64,000 nucleotides of DNA, taken from positions 57,846,001 through 57,910,000 of the forward strand of contig OX597822.1 of NCBI GenBank assembly GCA_951406725.2, given 5' to 3'. The notes under the pieces were generated by a model. That model searched no databases, was not told the origin of the DNA, and saw only the letters and a list, made by a program, of their open reading frames with translations. The translations under genes and the position numbers were made by a program. Position 1 is the stretch's first letter. Each line of letters opens with the position of its first letter. This document shows positions 39,463 through 51,850 of this stretch, one piece after another. The stretch comes from Octopus vulgaris. Taxonomy: Eukaryota.

Positions 39463-39830
39463 ACATCATCATCGTTTAACATCCACTTTCCACGCTAGCA
39501 TGGGTTGGACGATTTACTTAGGGCTGGTGAACCAGATGGCTGCACCAGGCTCCAATCTTGATCTGGTAGAGTTTCTACAGCTGGATGCCCTTCCTAATGC
39601 CAGCCACTCCGAGAGTGTAGTGGGTGCTTTTACATGCCACCGGCACGGGGGCCAATCAGGCGGTACTGGCAACGACCTCGCTCGAATGTTTTTAAACATG
39701 CCACCAGCACAAGTGCCAGTAAAGCAACACTGGTAATGATCACGCTCAAATGGTGCCTTTTGCATGCCACCGGCACGGAAGCCAGTTAGCCGCTCTGGCA
39801 ACGATCACACTCGGATGGTACTCTTAGCAC
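39463..39830 (-). mobile_element. RTE-LINE 3' tail-derived repeat
   Basis: (CAT)n cgtttaacatccactttcc...; repeated tgccaccggcacg subunits. Confidence 0.8.
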
Positions 39831-40796
39831 CCAAGCACAAAACCTGAAATTTTAGAGAAAGGAGTAAGTTGATTACATCAATACCAGTGCTCAACTGGTA
39901 CTTATTTATCAATCCCAAAAGGATGAAAGGTAAAGCTGACCTCGGCAGAATTTGAACTCAAAACAGACAGACAGATGAAATGCCACTCAGCATTTGGCCC
40001 AGAATGCTAACAATTCTACCAGCTCACCTCCTCTTTACCAGTGAGAAAACAAAATAGAATTTGTATCCATATAATTCATCTTCTATCACCGTTATGTTGG
40101 ACAAGTTCTAAAAGTTTAAAAACCATCTTAATTTCATTTAACATAGATATTGACCTCTTTTTCAGTTCTCAAAGCACCACACCTGGAGTACCTGCATCCT
40201 TCTATGAGAAGCACTATCATAAAGCAATATAGCCCCAGTGACTTAACTTACAGTGCATTAGGGATACCATAAATCACATGATCATGTAGATAACCCCATT
40301 CCTGCCACTATCCTCTCCATCACCCCCACCACCACGTATTTGACTTACATCAGATAAGGACTAACTCCTATATAGAGTTTTCAAATTGGAGTAGACAATT
40401 TGCATGTGTGTGGCTGAAATGTGTATGTGTGTCTATAGAGACATAACTGTTAGAGTGGCTGAGTATCTCTGTTTCAGTATGTGTGTCTTTTCATCAGTGT
40501 GTGGGTGAGTGTTCTCGTGTGTGTGTGTGTGTGCATTTGTATGTGGGTGGGTGTATGTTTTTCAGTTTTGTGTGTGTGTTTCTGTGTTGGTGTGTGAGTG
40601 TGTGTGTGTGTGTATTGGACGAGGGTATGTGTGTATGTATATATGTGGATATGTGTTGTCAATTGTATGTTTCTGAATATGTATTTTTTTTTTAAGTTTG
40701 TGCATTAGTGTATGCACTTTTCTATGTGTGTGTGTGTATACATACATACATATATATATGTACGTGTGTATGTATATATATATATATATATATATG

Positions 40797-40850
<54 letters not shown>

Positions 40851-41226
40851 TGTGTATGTATGTCCTGAACTTCATTGTACATACCTCATTGCATGGCATA
40901 TGTAGCAGAACTTCTAGAAATGTTACCTGTGACATTCTGACATCCTGTTTTCATCTCGTGTCTACTTATAACACTATATAACTCAGAGTTAAACAACAGC
41001 ATTGGGTGTACCCATTATGACATTTCATCCTATATGCATTCACACACATACAGACAAATACACACTCAGACATACATGTATATGTCCTTGAGATGAGATG
41101 TATGCAATCATCATCATTATATTCATCATCATCACTGTCATCATCATTATCATCAACATATCATGACTTATGAGAGGATTTTAGTAAATAGAAGCTGTGT
41201 GAAGCTCAATTGTGTTTGCATAAATT

Positions 41227-41263
<37 letters not shown>

Positions 41264-41299
41264 TGTATGTATGTATGTATGTATGTATGTATGTATGTA

Positions 41300-41570
41300 T
41301 GTATGCATGTGTGGTGTGCAAAAAGATCTGCAAATCAATATCTGGTCTTAAAAGGCATATGAGGGTACATAAGGATGACATCCCACAAGCTGACCCAATA
41401 AATCCAGTAGAGGGCACATCTTTTGTCTGTCATGTTTGGTGCAGACCATGCAAATCTAATGCTGGACTTAAAAGCCATCTAAGGGGTCATGGATGGAGGT
41501 TTGGAGCTGATGATGGTTGATGGGAGTACATGGGGAGACAGCAATGATCTGCAAAGATGAAGCAATCACT
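41300..41570 (+). mobile_element. RTE/BovB-type LINE 3' end with C-terminal C2H2-like fingers
   Basis: CVVCKKICKSISGLKRHMRVH...CHVWCRPCKSNAGLKSHLRGH, stop, short 3' UTR ending in a microsatellite; the S..GL.SH.R motif is typical of RTE ORF C-termini; no TGEKP linkers. Confidence 0.65.
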
Positions 41571-41775
41571 ATATATGTATGTATATATGTATTATATGAT
41601 TGATTGATTGATTCTAGTTTCAGCTTATGAGCTGTGGCCATGCTGGGGCACCGCCATGTATGTATATATGTATGTGCATGCATATGTATGTATGTGTGTG
41701 TGTATACATATACATATATATATATATATATATACATACACACACACATATATACATACATAAATATATATATAT

Positions 41776-42483
41776 ATTAAATTAGAGATAAAACCACTAT
41801 TAGGCAAATCAAACAATGAAAAACATAAGCCAATACATAAAATTAATTAATTTATATTATTTTAAATATATATCAAAAGTATTAAAAGTTTAATAAAAGA
41901 TAAAGAGTAAAACACTACGATCGTTTCATGGCTGTACAATTCGTAATAATTCGAGTTATGGTTACAGTCAATCTTCAGGTTAATTGAAATATCTAAAATA
42001 TAATCAGAAATATTTAAAGAATGTTTTTAAGATATAAATAATATAATAATTTTGCTTATAATAAACTCTATTATCAAACTAGAAACATAAAACTTAACAA
42101 TTATGATTATATCAAAATCGACTATAATGTTAAATATTAATTTTAATTTATAAGGTAGGAAACCCACCAATATATATATATATATATAATAATATTAGGG
42201 AATAAATCCAAACTTACAGGGAAAAATTAGATTTAGGATTAAATCCAACTTTATAATATAAATATATTATATTATATTATATTAAATTAGAGATAAAACC
42301 ACTATTAGGCAAATCAAACAGTGAAAAACATAAGCCAATACATAAAATTAATTTTAAAATATAAAAGTTTAAAAAATTATTTAAATAATTTAAACTTATA
42401 AATTTAATATTTATATATACAAATATATATATGTATGTATGTATATTTTTATATTTATATATTATTTTATTAATTAATTATTA

Positions 42484-42521
<38 letters not shown>

Positions 42522-42644
42522 CAAAAGTATTAAAAGTTTAATAAAAGATAAAGAGTAAAACACTACGATCGTTTCATGGCTGTGCCAATTCGAATAACAA
42601 TAATTTAAATTCAATTAATAATTCGAGTTATGGTTACAGTCAAT
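41776..42644 (-). mobile_element. Tandem pseudo-LTR-like unit carrying the hammerhead (two copies)
   Basis: 41776-41972 recurs at 42283-42644; the second copy breaks at the hammerhead core; (TA)n on both sides. Confidence 0.7.
41911..41981 (-). ncRNA. Minimal type-I hammerhead ribozyme (Penelope-type)
   Basis: Minus strand: aac-CTGAAGA-t-tgactgta...tacagcca-t-GAAAC-gatc-GTA-gtgtt; intact core, palindromic ACGATCGT helix III, weak stem I. Confidence 0.75.
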
Positions 42645-42653
42645 ATATATAAT

Positions 42654-43051
42654 TAGAGGTTAAAATATCCTCAATAAGGGATAAAAATATCCAATGAATT
42701 ACTGGTTCATTTGCCTAGTATTTTTTTAAGAATAGTGATATTCATAAAATAACAGATCTAAATATAAATCTTGATTTATAAATATTCAACATAAAATTCA
42801 GAAAATGGAGATGTAGCATTAATATAATTTATTAACTGCAAAAATACAAATTATGTTGGATTTTTGCAGTTAATAAATTATATTATTGCTACATCTCCAT
42901 TTTCTGAATTTTATTTTGAATATTTATAAACCAAAATTTATATTTAGACCTGTTATTTTATGAATATCACTATTCTCAAAAAAATACTAGGCAAATGAAC
43001 CAGTAATTCATTGGATATTTTTATCCCTTATTGAGGATATTTTAACCTCTA
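42654..43051. repeat. ~400-bp near-perfect palindrome inserted in (TA)n
   Basis: Arms 42654-42845 and 42860-43051 are reverse complements; ~14-nt loop. Confidence 0.95.
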
Positions 43052-43081
43052 TATATATATATATATATATATACACACAAA

Positions 43082-44490
43082 ATAAAATTCAGAAAGAAAA
43101 AGGTCTGGAGATGCCATTATGAAAGACTGATGAATGTGGAGAATGAATGGGCAGAGGAGAGCCTGCCAAATGTCGACCCAGTTGAGGAACCAGCTACTTG
43201 AATTGATAGCACCCTGGTAAATAAAGTAATTAAGGGTATGAAGTCAGGAAAAGGCCCTGGTCCATCAGGAATCACTGCTGAGATGCTTAAAATATCTGGT
43301 GGTATGGGTTATACTCTAGTCACCTGTATTGTAAATCAGGTAGTTCATGAAGGAGTCATACCCAATGACTGGTATAGCAGCACCATAGTCAACTGCTACA
43401 AAGGTAAAGATGATGCTACAAAGGTAAAGATGATGCTTTAGATAGAAATAACTACAGGGGTATCAAATTGCTGGATCAGGTGATGAAGGTCATAGAGAGG
43501 GTCATAGTCTGACTAATTAGGGAGAGAGTTAGCCTAAATGAGACACAGTTTGGTTTTGTGCCAGGTAGAAGTGCCACTGATGCCATAATTCTGGTAAGGT
43601 AGCTGCAGGAGAAATACATAGCCAAAAATAAACCTCTGTACTTTGCTTTTGTTGACTTGGAGAAAGCTTTTGACAGGGTTCCCCAATCCTTTATCTGGTG
43701 GGAAATGCAGAAACTAGGGATAGATGAGTGGTTAGTAAGAGCTGTACAGGGATGCTGTCAGTAAGGCGAGGGCTGGCACCAAGTATAGTGAAAAATTTCA
43801 GGTAGAAGTAGGGGTTCACCAAGGATCAGTCCTCGACCCCCTCCTATTCATCATAGTCCTCCAGAGGAGTTTTTCTATGCTGTCCCTGGGAGTTCCTCTA
43901 TGCTGATGACCTTACTCTCATAGCTGAATCACTCCCAGAACTAGAGAAGAAATTTCAGGTGTGGAAGCAAGGTCTAGAATTGAAGGACTTTAGAGTCAAT
44001 GTAGTGAAAACCAAAGTCCTATTAAGGCAGACAAATCACAAACCCCTTCTGGTATATGGCCCTGCTTGATCTGTAGAAAAGGTATAGGTAAAAACTTCAT
44101 AAGATGTACCCACTGCAAGCTATGGACACATAAGAGGTGCAGCAATATCAAAGGAAGGTTAACTGGGATGATAGTTTTTATGCACGGCTGATGCACAGGG
44201 GCAATAAACATCGAAGATGTTCAGAAAACAGATTCCATCACATGCCAGGAGGAGAAACTAGAAGTAGTTGATAGCTTCAGCTACCTAGGTGACCAAGTCT
44301 GTTGTGGGGGTAGATGCTCTGAGAGCATTACTACTAGAATAAGAATAGCCTGGGCAAAGTTCAGAAAGCTCCTACCTCTACTGGTAACAAAGGGCCTGTA
44401 TGATGCATGTGTGCAAATAGCCATGCTACATGGCAGTGAAGCATGGGCCATGACTGTTGAGGACATACGTAGGGTTGAAAGAAATGAAGT
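43082..44490 (+). mobile_element. RTE LINE reverse transcriptase region (pseudogenised)
   Basis: KSGKGPGPSGI, NYRGIKLL, QFGFVPGRS, FVDLEKAFDRV, GVHQGSVL, LYADDL, then a Cys/His finger; stops and frameshifts. Confidence 0.95.
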
Positions 44491-44830
44491 TAGTATATAT
44501 ATATGTATACCTGCGTGTGTATGTGTATGTACAGACATGTATATGTATGTATGTTTATATGCGCCTGTGTAGAGAGAGATACATACATAAGTATGAGTGG
44601 ATGATAAGGAAATGAGCGAGAGAACATATGTGTTTGTGTATGTGTATGAGTGTGAAGGAAGGGAGAGGGGCGGTAAATAGATTCCATTCAGGCCAGCTAG
44701 TAACCCGGGGAGCGGCTAGTCCAGCGCCACTAAATGTGTGTAGGCGAGTGGGCAGGTCATATATCACACCTTCTACGACTCTGAAGAGGTCAAAATAAAA
44801 ATAAAAATAAAATAAAATAAGGGGGAAAAA

Positions 44831-45189
44831 ATGTGTGTGTATATATGTGCATGTATGCGTGTATGTGTGTGTATATATATATATATATGTGTGTGTGTAT
44901 ATATATATATATGTGTATGTGTATATGCGTGTGTATATGCATGTGTATATGTATGTGTGTCTGTGTATGGGTGTGTATATCCCTTTTTTTTATATATATA
45001 TATATATATGTGTAGATATATATGTGCGTGTGCTTGCATGTTGGCATGTATGTGTTTGTGTATCTGTATGTATATGTATGAATATATATATGTGTGTATG
45101 TATATAAGTGTGTGTGTGTATGAGTATGTGTATGTGTGTGTATGTGTATACATATGTATATATGTGTGTGCATATGTGTATGTATATGT

Positions 45190-45240
<51 letters not shown>
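44831..45240. repeat. Compound (TG/TA)n microsatellite
   Basis: Source of several spurious ORFs. Confidence 0.95.
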
Positions 45241-45242
<2 letters not shown>

Positions 45243-45500
45243 CAATAGTCTTCCTATTTACCTAAAACTCTATTCTATTATTCTATTTTTTCATTTATCT
45301 ACTTTATCACTGATTCTTTTGACCACTCCCCTAAGAAAGACAGTTTGTGCCCTGCCTACCCCAAAAAAAGTCCCCCACCACCACCCCATCAAATCTGCCT
45401 AAATGTATAAATGCCAAAACTATTCTTGACGCCAAGCTTCCTGATGATTTCATTTGAATGAAACAGTTCTTCTAGTCCTGTAGAAGCTCCTTCTATAAAA

Positions 45501-45539
<39 letters not shown>

Positions 45540-45542
<3 letters not shown>

Positions 45543-46380
45543 GGTGTGATGGGTAAAGTGTCACCATTTTATATTTTTAATGTCGCGCATGCACATTGTT
45601 TGTTTTTGATTTTGTATAGTATAGTAGGGTCAGTTGGGTACCGTCTGTAAGAAAAACAACACTATGACACAATTTGCTCTACCAGAAATTTGGAAACAAC
45701 ATGTTCTACTGCTTGGTATTTGTGCCAGAAGCTCCAATATGATCATTTCAGAGTGTTTGGGTGTCAATCTGAGGAAAGTGCAATCTGAAAACATGTACCA
45801 AGAGTGATAAAAATCAAACATCCAGTCAACATCATGGTGTTTGGAGTGATCACTAGTGATGGCAATGTTATGTCTCCATTCATCTTCCCACACAGCCTCA
45901 GACTCAACATGGAGTCAAGAGGGTGGCTGTTGGAACACCCTATATCTGACAACAGGACTCTGCACTATGCCACACAAGCAGGAGAACCCAGTCATGGCTG
46001 TCAGACAGTTTCTGCGACCACATCCCACCTAACATTTGGCCACCTAACTCCCCAGACTGAAACCCCTTGATCATTATGTGTAGGGTGCAGTTAAGCGAGA
46101 GACCAACAAAACACCTTGTAACATCGAAGATGAATTGAAGGCAAGAATTATGGCAGCATTCATCAACTTAAACAAGGAGACCATCCAGAAGAATAGCGTG
46201 AGATTCCAAAGTTGTCTGGAAGCTGTGGTTGAAGCTAGTGGCAATTTTATTCAATAAGTTTACTCTTTAGTATTTCAAGATATTTTTATGTAATTTTGGT
46301 AAATATATCTGTTAAAATGAGATGTCAGTGTTATTTTCCTTTTTGCGTAATTTAGATGACAGTTTATTCACTGCATTCTG
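45540..46380 (+). mobile_element. maT (DD37D) internal-deletion derivative, second copy
   Basis: Colinear with 23996-24864; starts cagggtgtgatgggtaaa after (TA)n. Confidence 0.88.
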
Positions 46381-46385
46381 TATGA

Positions 46386-46422
<37 letters not shown>

Positions 46423-46439
46423 AACGATGATGATGATGA

Positions 46440-46478
<39 letters not shown>

Positions 46479-47844
46479 GATTCAAGGAATGAAACAGAGC
46501 TCATAGTGTAACTAACACGAAACAGCTGTTAACTAATGGAATAAACATCTATTCTCTCACATCACTTTATCTACCTGTGCAATTTACACACACACACACA
46601 TATATATATGCATATATGTATGTATGTATGTGTGTGTGTGTGTCACCATCATCATCGTTTAATGTCCGCCTTCCAGGCTAGCATGGGTGGATATATACAT
46701 ATATATGTATGTATGTATATTTGCTGGCATTGCAGACACACACATACACATAAATGAATATATAACTTTTATTGTGATCTTTTTATTCATCTATTTATGT
46801 GTTTTCTCTTTGTGAAATTAACAAAGATACGTAGCAACAAGTCACCAATTATTTTTTTTTTTTATACATGACAAACATTGTTAAGAAAAATGAATATCAT
46901 TTGTAATTCAAATCTTTGACCTATTTTAATTTTTCACTTGAAACCATTTGATTTCATGCATGTTGTTACTAAAGCACCATGGATAATGTTACTTAACATT
47001 CTTCTATCTATTAAAACATGTTATTTTCAGTTAATGTTCTTCTCTCCAATCCGGCAGTATTATTTTAACTTTTGAAGGATAGTGGATTGGTAGAATCTTT
47101 AGTATATTGGAGAAAATATTAATTACAGTATTTAGTTATGACACTTTATATTCTGAGTTCAAATCCTGCCAAGGGTGACTTTCTCTTTTATCCTTTCAGG
47201 GCTGATAAAATAAAATACCAGTCAAGTACTAAGATAGATTTTATTGATTATAGCCCTCCTTCAACATACATGACCTTGTATCAGTATTAGGAATCAATAT
47301 TACAGCATTTCCTTAACCCTCTAAAGAGTAATTTCTCCTGACCCTTTAAAACACGTTTCAGTCAAGGTAATGTTTAAGCACCGTCAAATCCAGTCAGTAT
47401 TACAATTTATCATTTTTCCTGCTCCTTAAAGTATTTTTCTTCCCAGATAATGTTCCTACCAGTAAAACATATGACTGATAATTTTCAATAATTAATTAAT
47501 TAGAAATAATAACTGTAGTATGATTGAATAAGGTAATAAAGAAAAATATTATACATTAGCTAACATTATTGGTCAAGTAAGCATGGTGGAAAACTCTAGA
47601 TGTTTACGCTTTATTAAGCTCCATCTCTAAAACAGACAGTATAGCTTGGTGCTGTTCTCTGGCTTACTAGCTCCTGACAAACCATTCAGTTCATTGCCAA
47701 CATAGAAAGTAGATGTTAAATGATGAAGATAAGTAAGAATAAAGTCTTAGCATTTGCTTACTGGCTCTATAGCAACTAAATTACGAATCTATTATCCTAT
47801 TTTATCATCTGTTATTAATTTCATCCAGAGAGCACCACCATTAA

Positions 47845-48064
47845 CCCTTTCGTTACCGTATTTCTGTTGAGATGCTCTGTGTTTCTTTCAATCATTTTAA
47901 ACATAACAAAGAATTTTGTAAAATAACTTGATTATCATTAAGCTAGTGTTTGGAACATAAATTGTGACTAAGGCTTGGTGGAAGATTTTAATTCAAAACT
48001 TATGAAATCAAGACATTTTACCACAGAGCCAGAGCCGGTTTTGGCCGGGTTAATAACGAAAGGG
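47845..48064. mobile_element. piggyBac-type MITE
   Basis: TTAA TSD on both sides; TIR ccctttcgtta / taacgaaaggg. Confidence 0.9.
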
Positions 48065-48080
48065 TTAACTAACAATTTTT

Positions 48081-48185
48081 CTTACAGTACCTACATTTCC
48101 CAAGTACTCACCCATCTAAGTTCTAGCTAGGCTCAATGTTGCTTAACTGTGGTAACTAGACAAGAACTAATGCTTTCATAGAATG
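48081..48185 (-). pseudogene. Degenerate 5S rRNA pseudogene
   Basis: Plus strand tacagtacc...ttccca...tcacccatctaagt...tgttgcttaact..ggt...gacaagaact..tgctttca follows the reverse complement of invertebrate 5S rRNA over ~100 nt. Confidence 0.7.
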
Positions 48186-48526
48186 TTCATTAAAAACATT
48201 AAGTAGAACTAGAAGTTATATTAATTGATAATTTAATTATAAATAGCAGTTCACCACAAATAACCATTGTAGGTTTCAATGATATAATTAGGCTATCTTT
48301 AACATTGAAAACATTTGAAATATTCAAAAGCACTCTTTTATTACTTAAATATGTGACTAGCTGCCCTTTGCAATTAAATGTTCTGTCTAGTCGTCTAGTC
48401 TTGACCCAATCTTATCACTTCAGATTTTCCCTTGTCTCCTTTAAAACATGTCTCAGTTCAGGTGACTAGAATATAAGGCCAACTGTTACAAAGGAGGGAA
48501 CAATCTATTGAATTTATTTATTATAT

Positions 48527-49290
48527 CTATTTCTTTATTGCCCAGAGGGGGCTAAACATAGAGGGGACAAACAAGGACAGACAAAGTGATTAAGTCGATC
48601 ACATCAACCCCAGTGCGTAACTGGTACTTACTTAACCGACCCTGAAAAGATGAAAGGCAAAGTCAACCTCAGCGGAATTTGAACTCAGAACCTAACAGCA
48701 GACGAAATAGCACTAAGCATGTCACCCAGTGTGCTAACAATTCTGCCATCTCGCTGCCCTATTATTATATCACTTATTATATCACTGAGATTTATCTCAT
48801 TGACTCTAAATAGATAGAAACCAAAATAATCCTTCCTATTAGCGGTATGAGACATGAAATTTGGTGGGAGGAAACTAGTCAATTACATTGACCCCTGTAT
48901 TCAATTGGTTCTTATTTTATTGACCTCAAAAGGATGAAAGGCAAAGTTGACCTTGGTGGAATTTGAACTCAGAACATAAAGACAGAAAAAATGCTGCTAA
49001 GCATTTTACCCAGCATGCTAACAATTCTGCCAGCTCACCACCTTACCAAAGTCACTAATGGCATGATTTAAGGTAGTAAGCCAGCAGAATCGTTAGCATA
49101 CTGGCAAAAATGCTTAGCAGCATTTCATCCCTCTATATGTTCTGAGTTCAAATGCCACCAAAGTCAACTTAGCCTTTCATCCTTTCAAGGTTGATAAAAT
49201 TAGTACCAGTTGAATACTGGAATCAATTTAATCAACTTAACCCCTCCCCTGAAATCACTAGCCTTGTACCAAAACTTGAAACCAATAATG
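48527..49290. mobile_element. Cluster of three family B SINEs (-, -, +)
   Basis: Copies at ~48527-48758, 48830-49044 and 49070-49290. Confidence 0.85.
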
Positions 49291-50594
49291 GCAGAATTTG
49301 AACCCAGAATTAGAACAGTGAAGTTGAATAATAAAAGAAACAAGTAGTCTGGTGCTCTACCATTTCTTCTAATTCCACCAACTCCAAGCAATCAATATTA
49401 TTGTCTACATGAGTCACCAATATTGATTTCTTATAATGGCTCAAAGTATCAGATTTACTTGGAAATACAAGAAACAAGATTATTAGACGTTGATCAAATT
49501 TTTCTCACAGCCCTGAGAAATAATACTAGAGAAGTGAAATGTCTACAAAACAAGGTCATGGATGATTGTTAGCAAAATATTTTCTCTATAGTATTTACCA
49601 TGTTATTTATATTGTGGCAATTATCCTCAATAAAAGGTTCAATGTTACAATTCCGGTTAAAGTGACAGAATGGCTTCAACTCAAATACTCTTGAGATTTG
49701 AAACTTCCAGAGAGAATTTCTTCATGAAGATTGTGTCTCAAGCAAGTTTGGTTTAACAGTTTGCATTCCGTTCAGAATATGATTCCATATTGAAAATTCT
49801 GTCGCATTAGAACTACTATCTGAGTCATAAATATCAATATTGATTCTGTGACTCACAGTTGACAAATAATGACATTCTTAGATAGCACTCTATTCTACAA
49901 AGGACTAGATCATTTAGTATGTATTGGTAGTGATAGAGGTGAGTGGCAGACATAACACTATTCTATGTGATGTTATACAATAAACAATTGACATCTTCAA
50001 TTTAAATTTCGAAGACCACCACTTGTCAAGGGCTGACTAACAAAACACCAGTAATATACTAGAGTACTGGAAAGGATTGGAAGAACTGAAACAGATAGAT
50101 AAACAGACAGATGAAAGACAGAGGTGGGGAGGAAAAGTGAAAGCAATTCTTTTCTTGCTTAAGACTTGTTTTCAAAATAAATACCAAATTATTCTATTGT
50201 AGTAGTAGTAGTAGTAGCAGCAGCGGTTTAGCCTCCTAGTCAGTTATGGCCAAAGGCATTTCAAACATGAATATTGTTTTGTTTTGTTTGCTTTATATTG
50301 TCTGACATACTGCACCTTAGACTACACTACATAACCTACCCTTTCTCTGTCTTTTTTTTTAAGGTAGTAGGATATGATCTGAGAAAGATTTGACTGCTAT
50401 TTCTAGCATATTGAATAATTGCATTATTAACTCTCTTGTTGACTCTGGGTGAAAGCCATTAAACATAGCATAAGTGCAAACATGGCCGTGTGGTTAAGAA
50501 GTTTGCTTTGTAACCACATGGTTTCAGTCCCACTGCACTGCACCTTGGGCAAGTGTCCTCTGACTATATGTATGTATGTATGTATGTATGAATC

Positions 50595-50627
<33 letters not shown>

Positions 50628-50630
50628 CAT

Positions 50631-51003
50631 TTCCACACATGCCAGCTTAATTTAATTCGTCTTTAGTCGAACAACACCTGTTGTTGTGTCCTGTTATTAT
50701 TTTTATTGTATTTGTGTAACATTGTCCATTTTTTCCGTCTTTGTTTTTGTATACATTTGCTGCTTTCTTCCAAGGAATCTAATGCTCTTAGCTTAGTTTT
50801 TCCTTGGGGCTGGCCAGATTGGAGCAATCTGAAGTATAATCAGCCAAAATTGTAAAGATAATCTGGTACTTGACTGAGGAAAGAAAACTTCGAATGACCC
50901 GTCCTTGTTTTCTTTGTATCATCTATCTGGATGTTTTGTTGTCCCATTTTTGTATCACATAACTATCCGGATATTTTGCGTTCTTGTCCCATTTTGTATT
51001 TTA
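50631..51003 (+). mobile_element. Structured repeat, same family as 35960-36912
   Basis: Reverse-complement match; flanked by (TA)n. Confidence 0.8.
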
Positions 51004-51034
51004 TATATATATATATACTCTCTCTCTCTCTCTC

Positions 51035-51438
51035 TCTTTTACTCTTTTACATGTTTCAGTCCCTTGACTGCGGCCATGCTGGAGCACCGCCTTTAGTCGA
51101 GCAAATCGACCCCGGGACTTATTCTTTGTAAGCCCAGTACTTATTGTATCGGTCTCTTTTGCCGAACCGCTAAGTTACGGGGATGTAAAGACACCAGCAT
51201 CGGTTGTCAAGCAATGCTAGGGGTACAAACACAGACACACAAATACATACACATACATACACATATATACATATATACGACAGGCTTCTTTCAGTTTCCA
51301 TCTACCAAATCCACTCACAAGGCATTGGTCGGCCCGGGGCTATAGCAGAAGACACTTGCCCAAGATGCCACGCAGTGGGACTGAACCCGGAACCATGTGG
51401 TTGGTTAGCAAGCTACTTACCACACAGCCACTCCTGCG

Positions 51439-51440
<2 letters not shown>
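51035..51440 (-). mobile_element. Young full-length tRNA-derived SINE, family A
   Basis: A box tggctgtgtgg, B-box-like gggttcagtccc, internal microsatellite, (GTAAAAGA)n tail; CpGs intact. Confidence 0.88.
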
Positions 51441-51517
<77 letters not shown>

Positions 51518-51559
51518 GTATATATACACATATATATATACACGTTAATTATTCCTAAT

Positions 51560-51850
51560 TTCAGATATTTATTGCAATGAACAAAAGCACCACTGGAAAA
51601 TTATACAGAAATGGTTAGTTAAAAATGGACTGAAGAACTTCAAAGCTCCATCAAGATTAACAGTTTACAGAACATATGACAAATTTAAGCAGACTGGGTC
51701 CATTTGCAATGCACAGAAAAACAGTATTAGTACTGAAGAAAATTAAATATTTGTGGCTCAAGCATTCACTCAAAGTCTCCAGAAATCAAAAAAGAGGACT
51801 TCCAATGAACTAGACATCTGCAGATCTCTTAGTCGACTTATGAACCACTT
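51560..51850 (+). mobile_element. Tc1/mariner transposase N-terminal remnant (DUF4817-like HTH)
   Basis: APSRLTVYRTYDKFKQTGSI...STEEN..VAQAFTQS..KSKKRTSNELDI. Confidence 0.7.

Noticed and set aside
41239-41520. Host C2H2 zinc-finger gene exon (octopus ZNF expansion)
   Set aside because: No TGEKP linkers or splice sites, and the ORF start is a (TATG)n translation; the motif and 3' UTR fit an RTE LINE C-terminus.
44773-45245. Long ORFs rich in Y/I/H/T/C/V (also at 9.2, 27, 40.5, 51.3 and 56 kb)
   Set aside because: They are translations of TA/CA/TG microsatellites.
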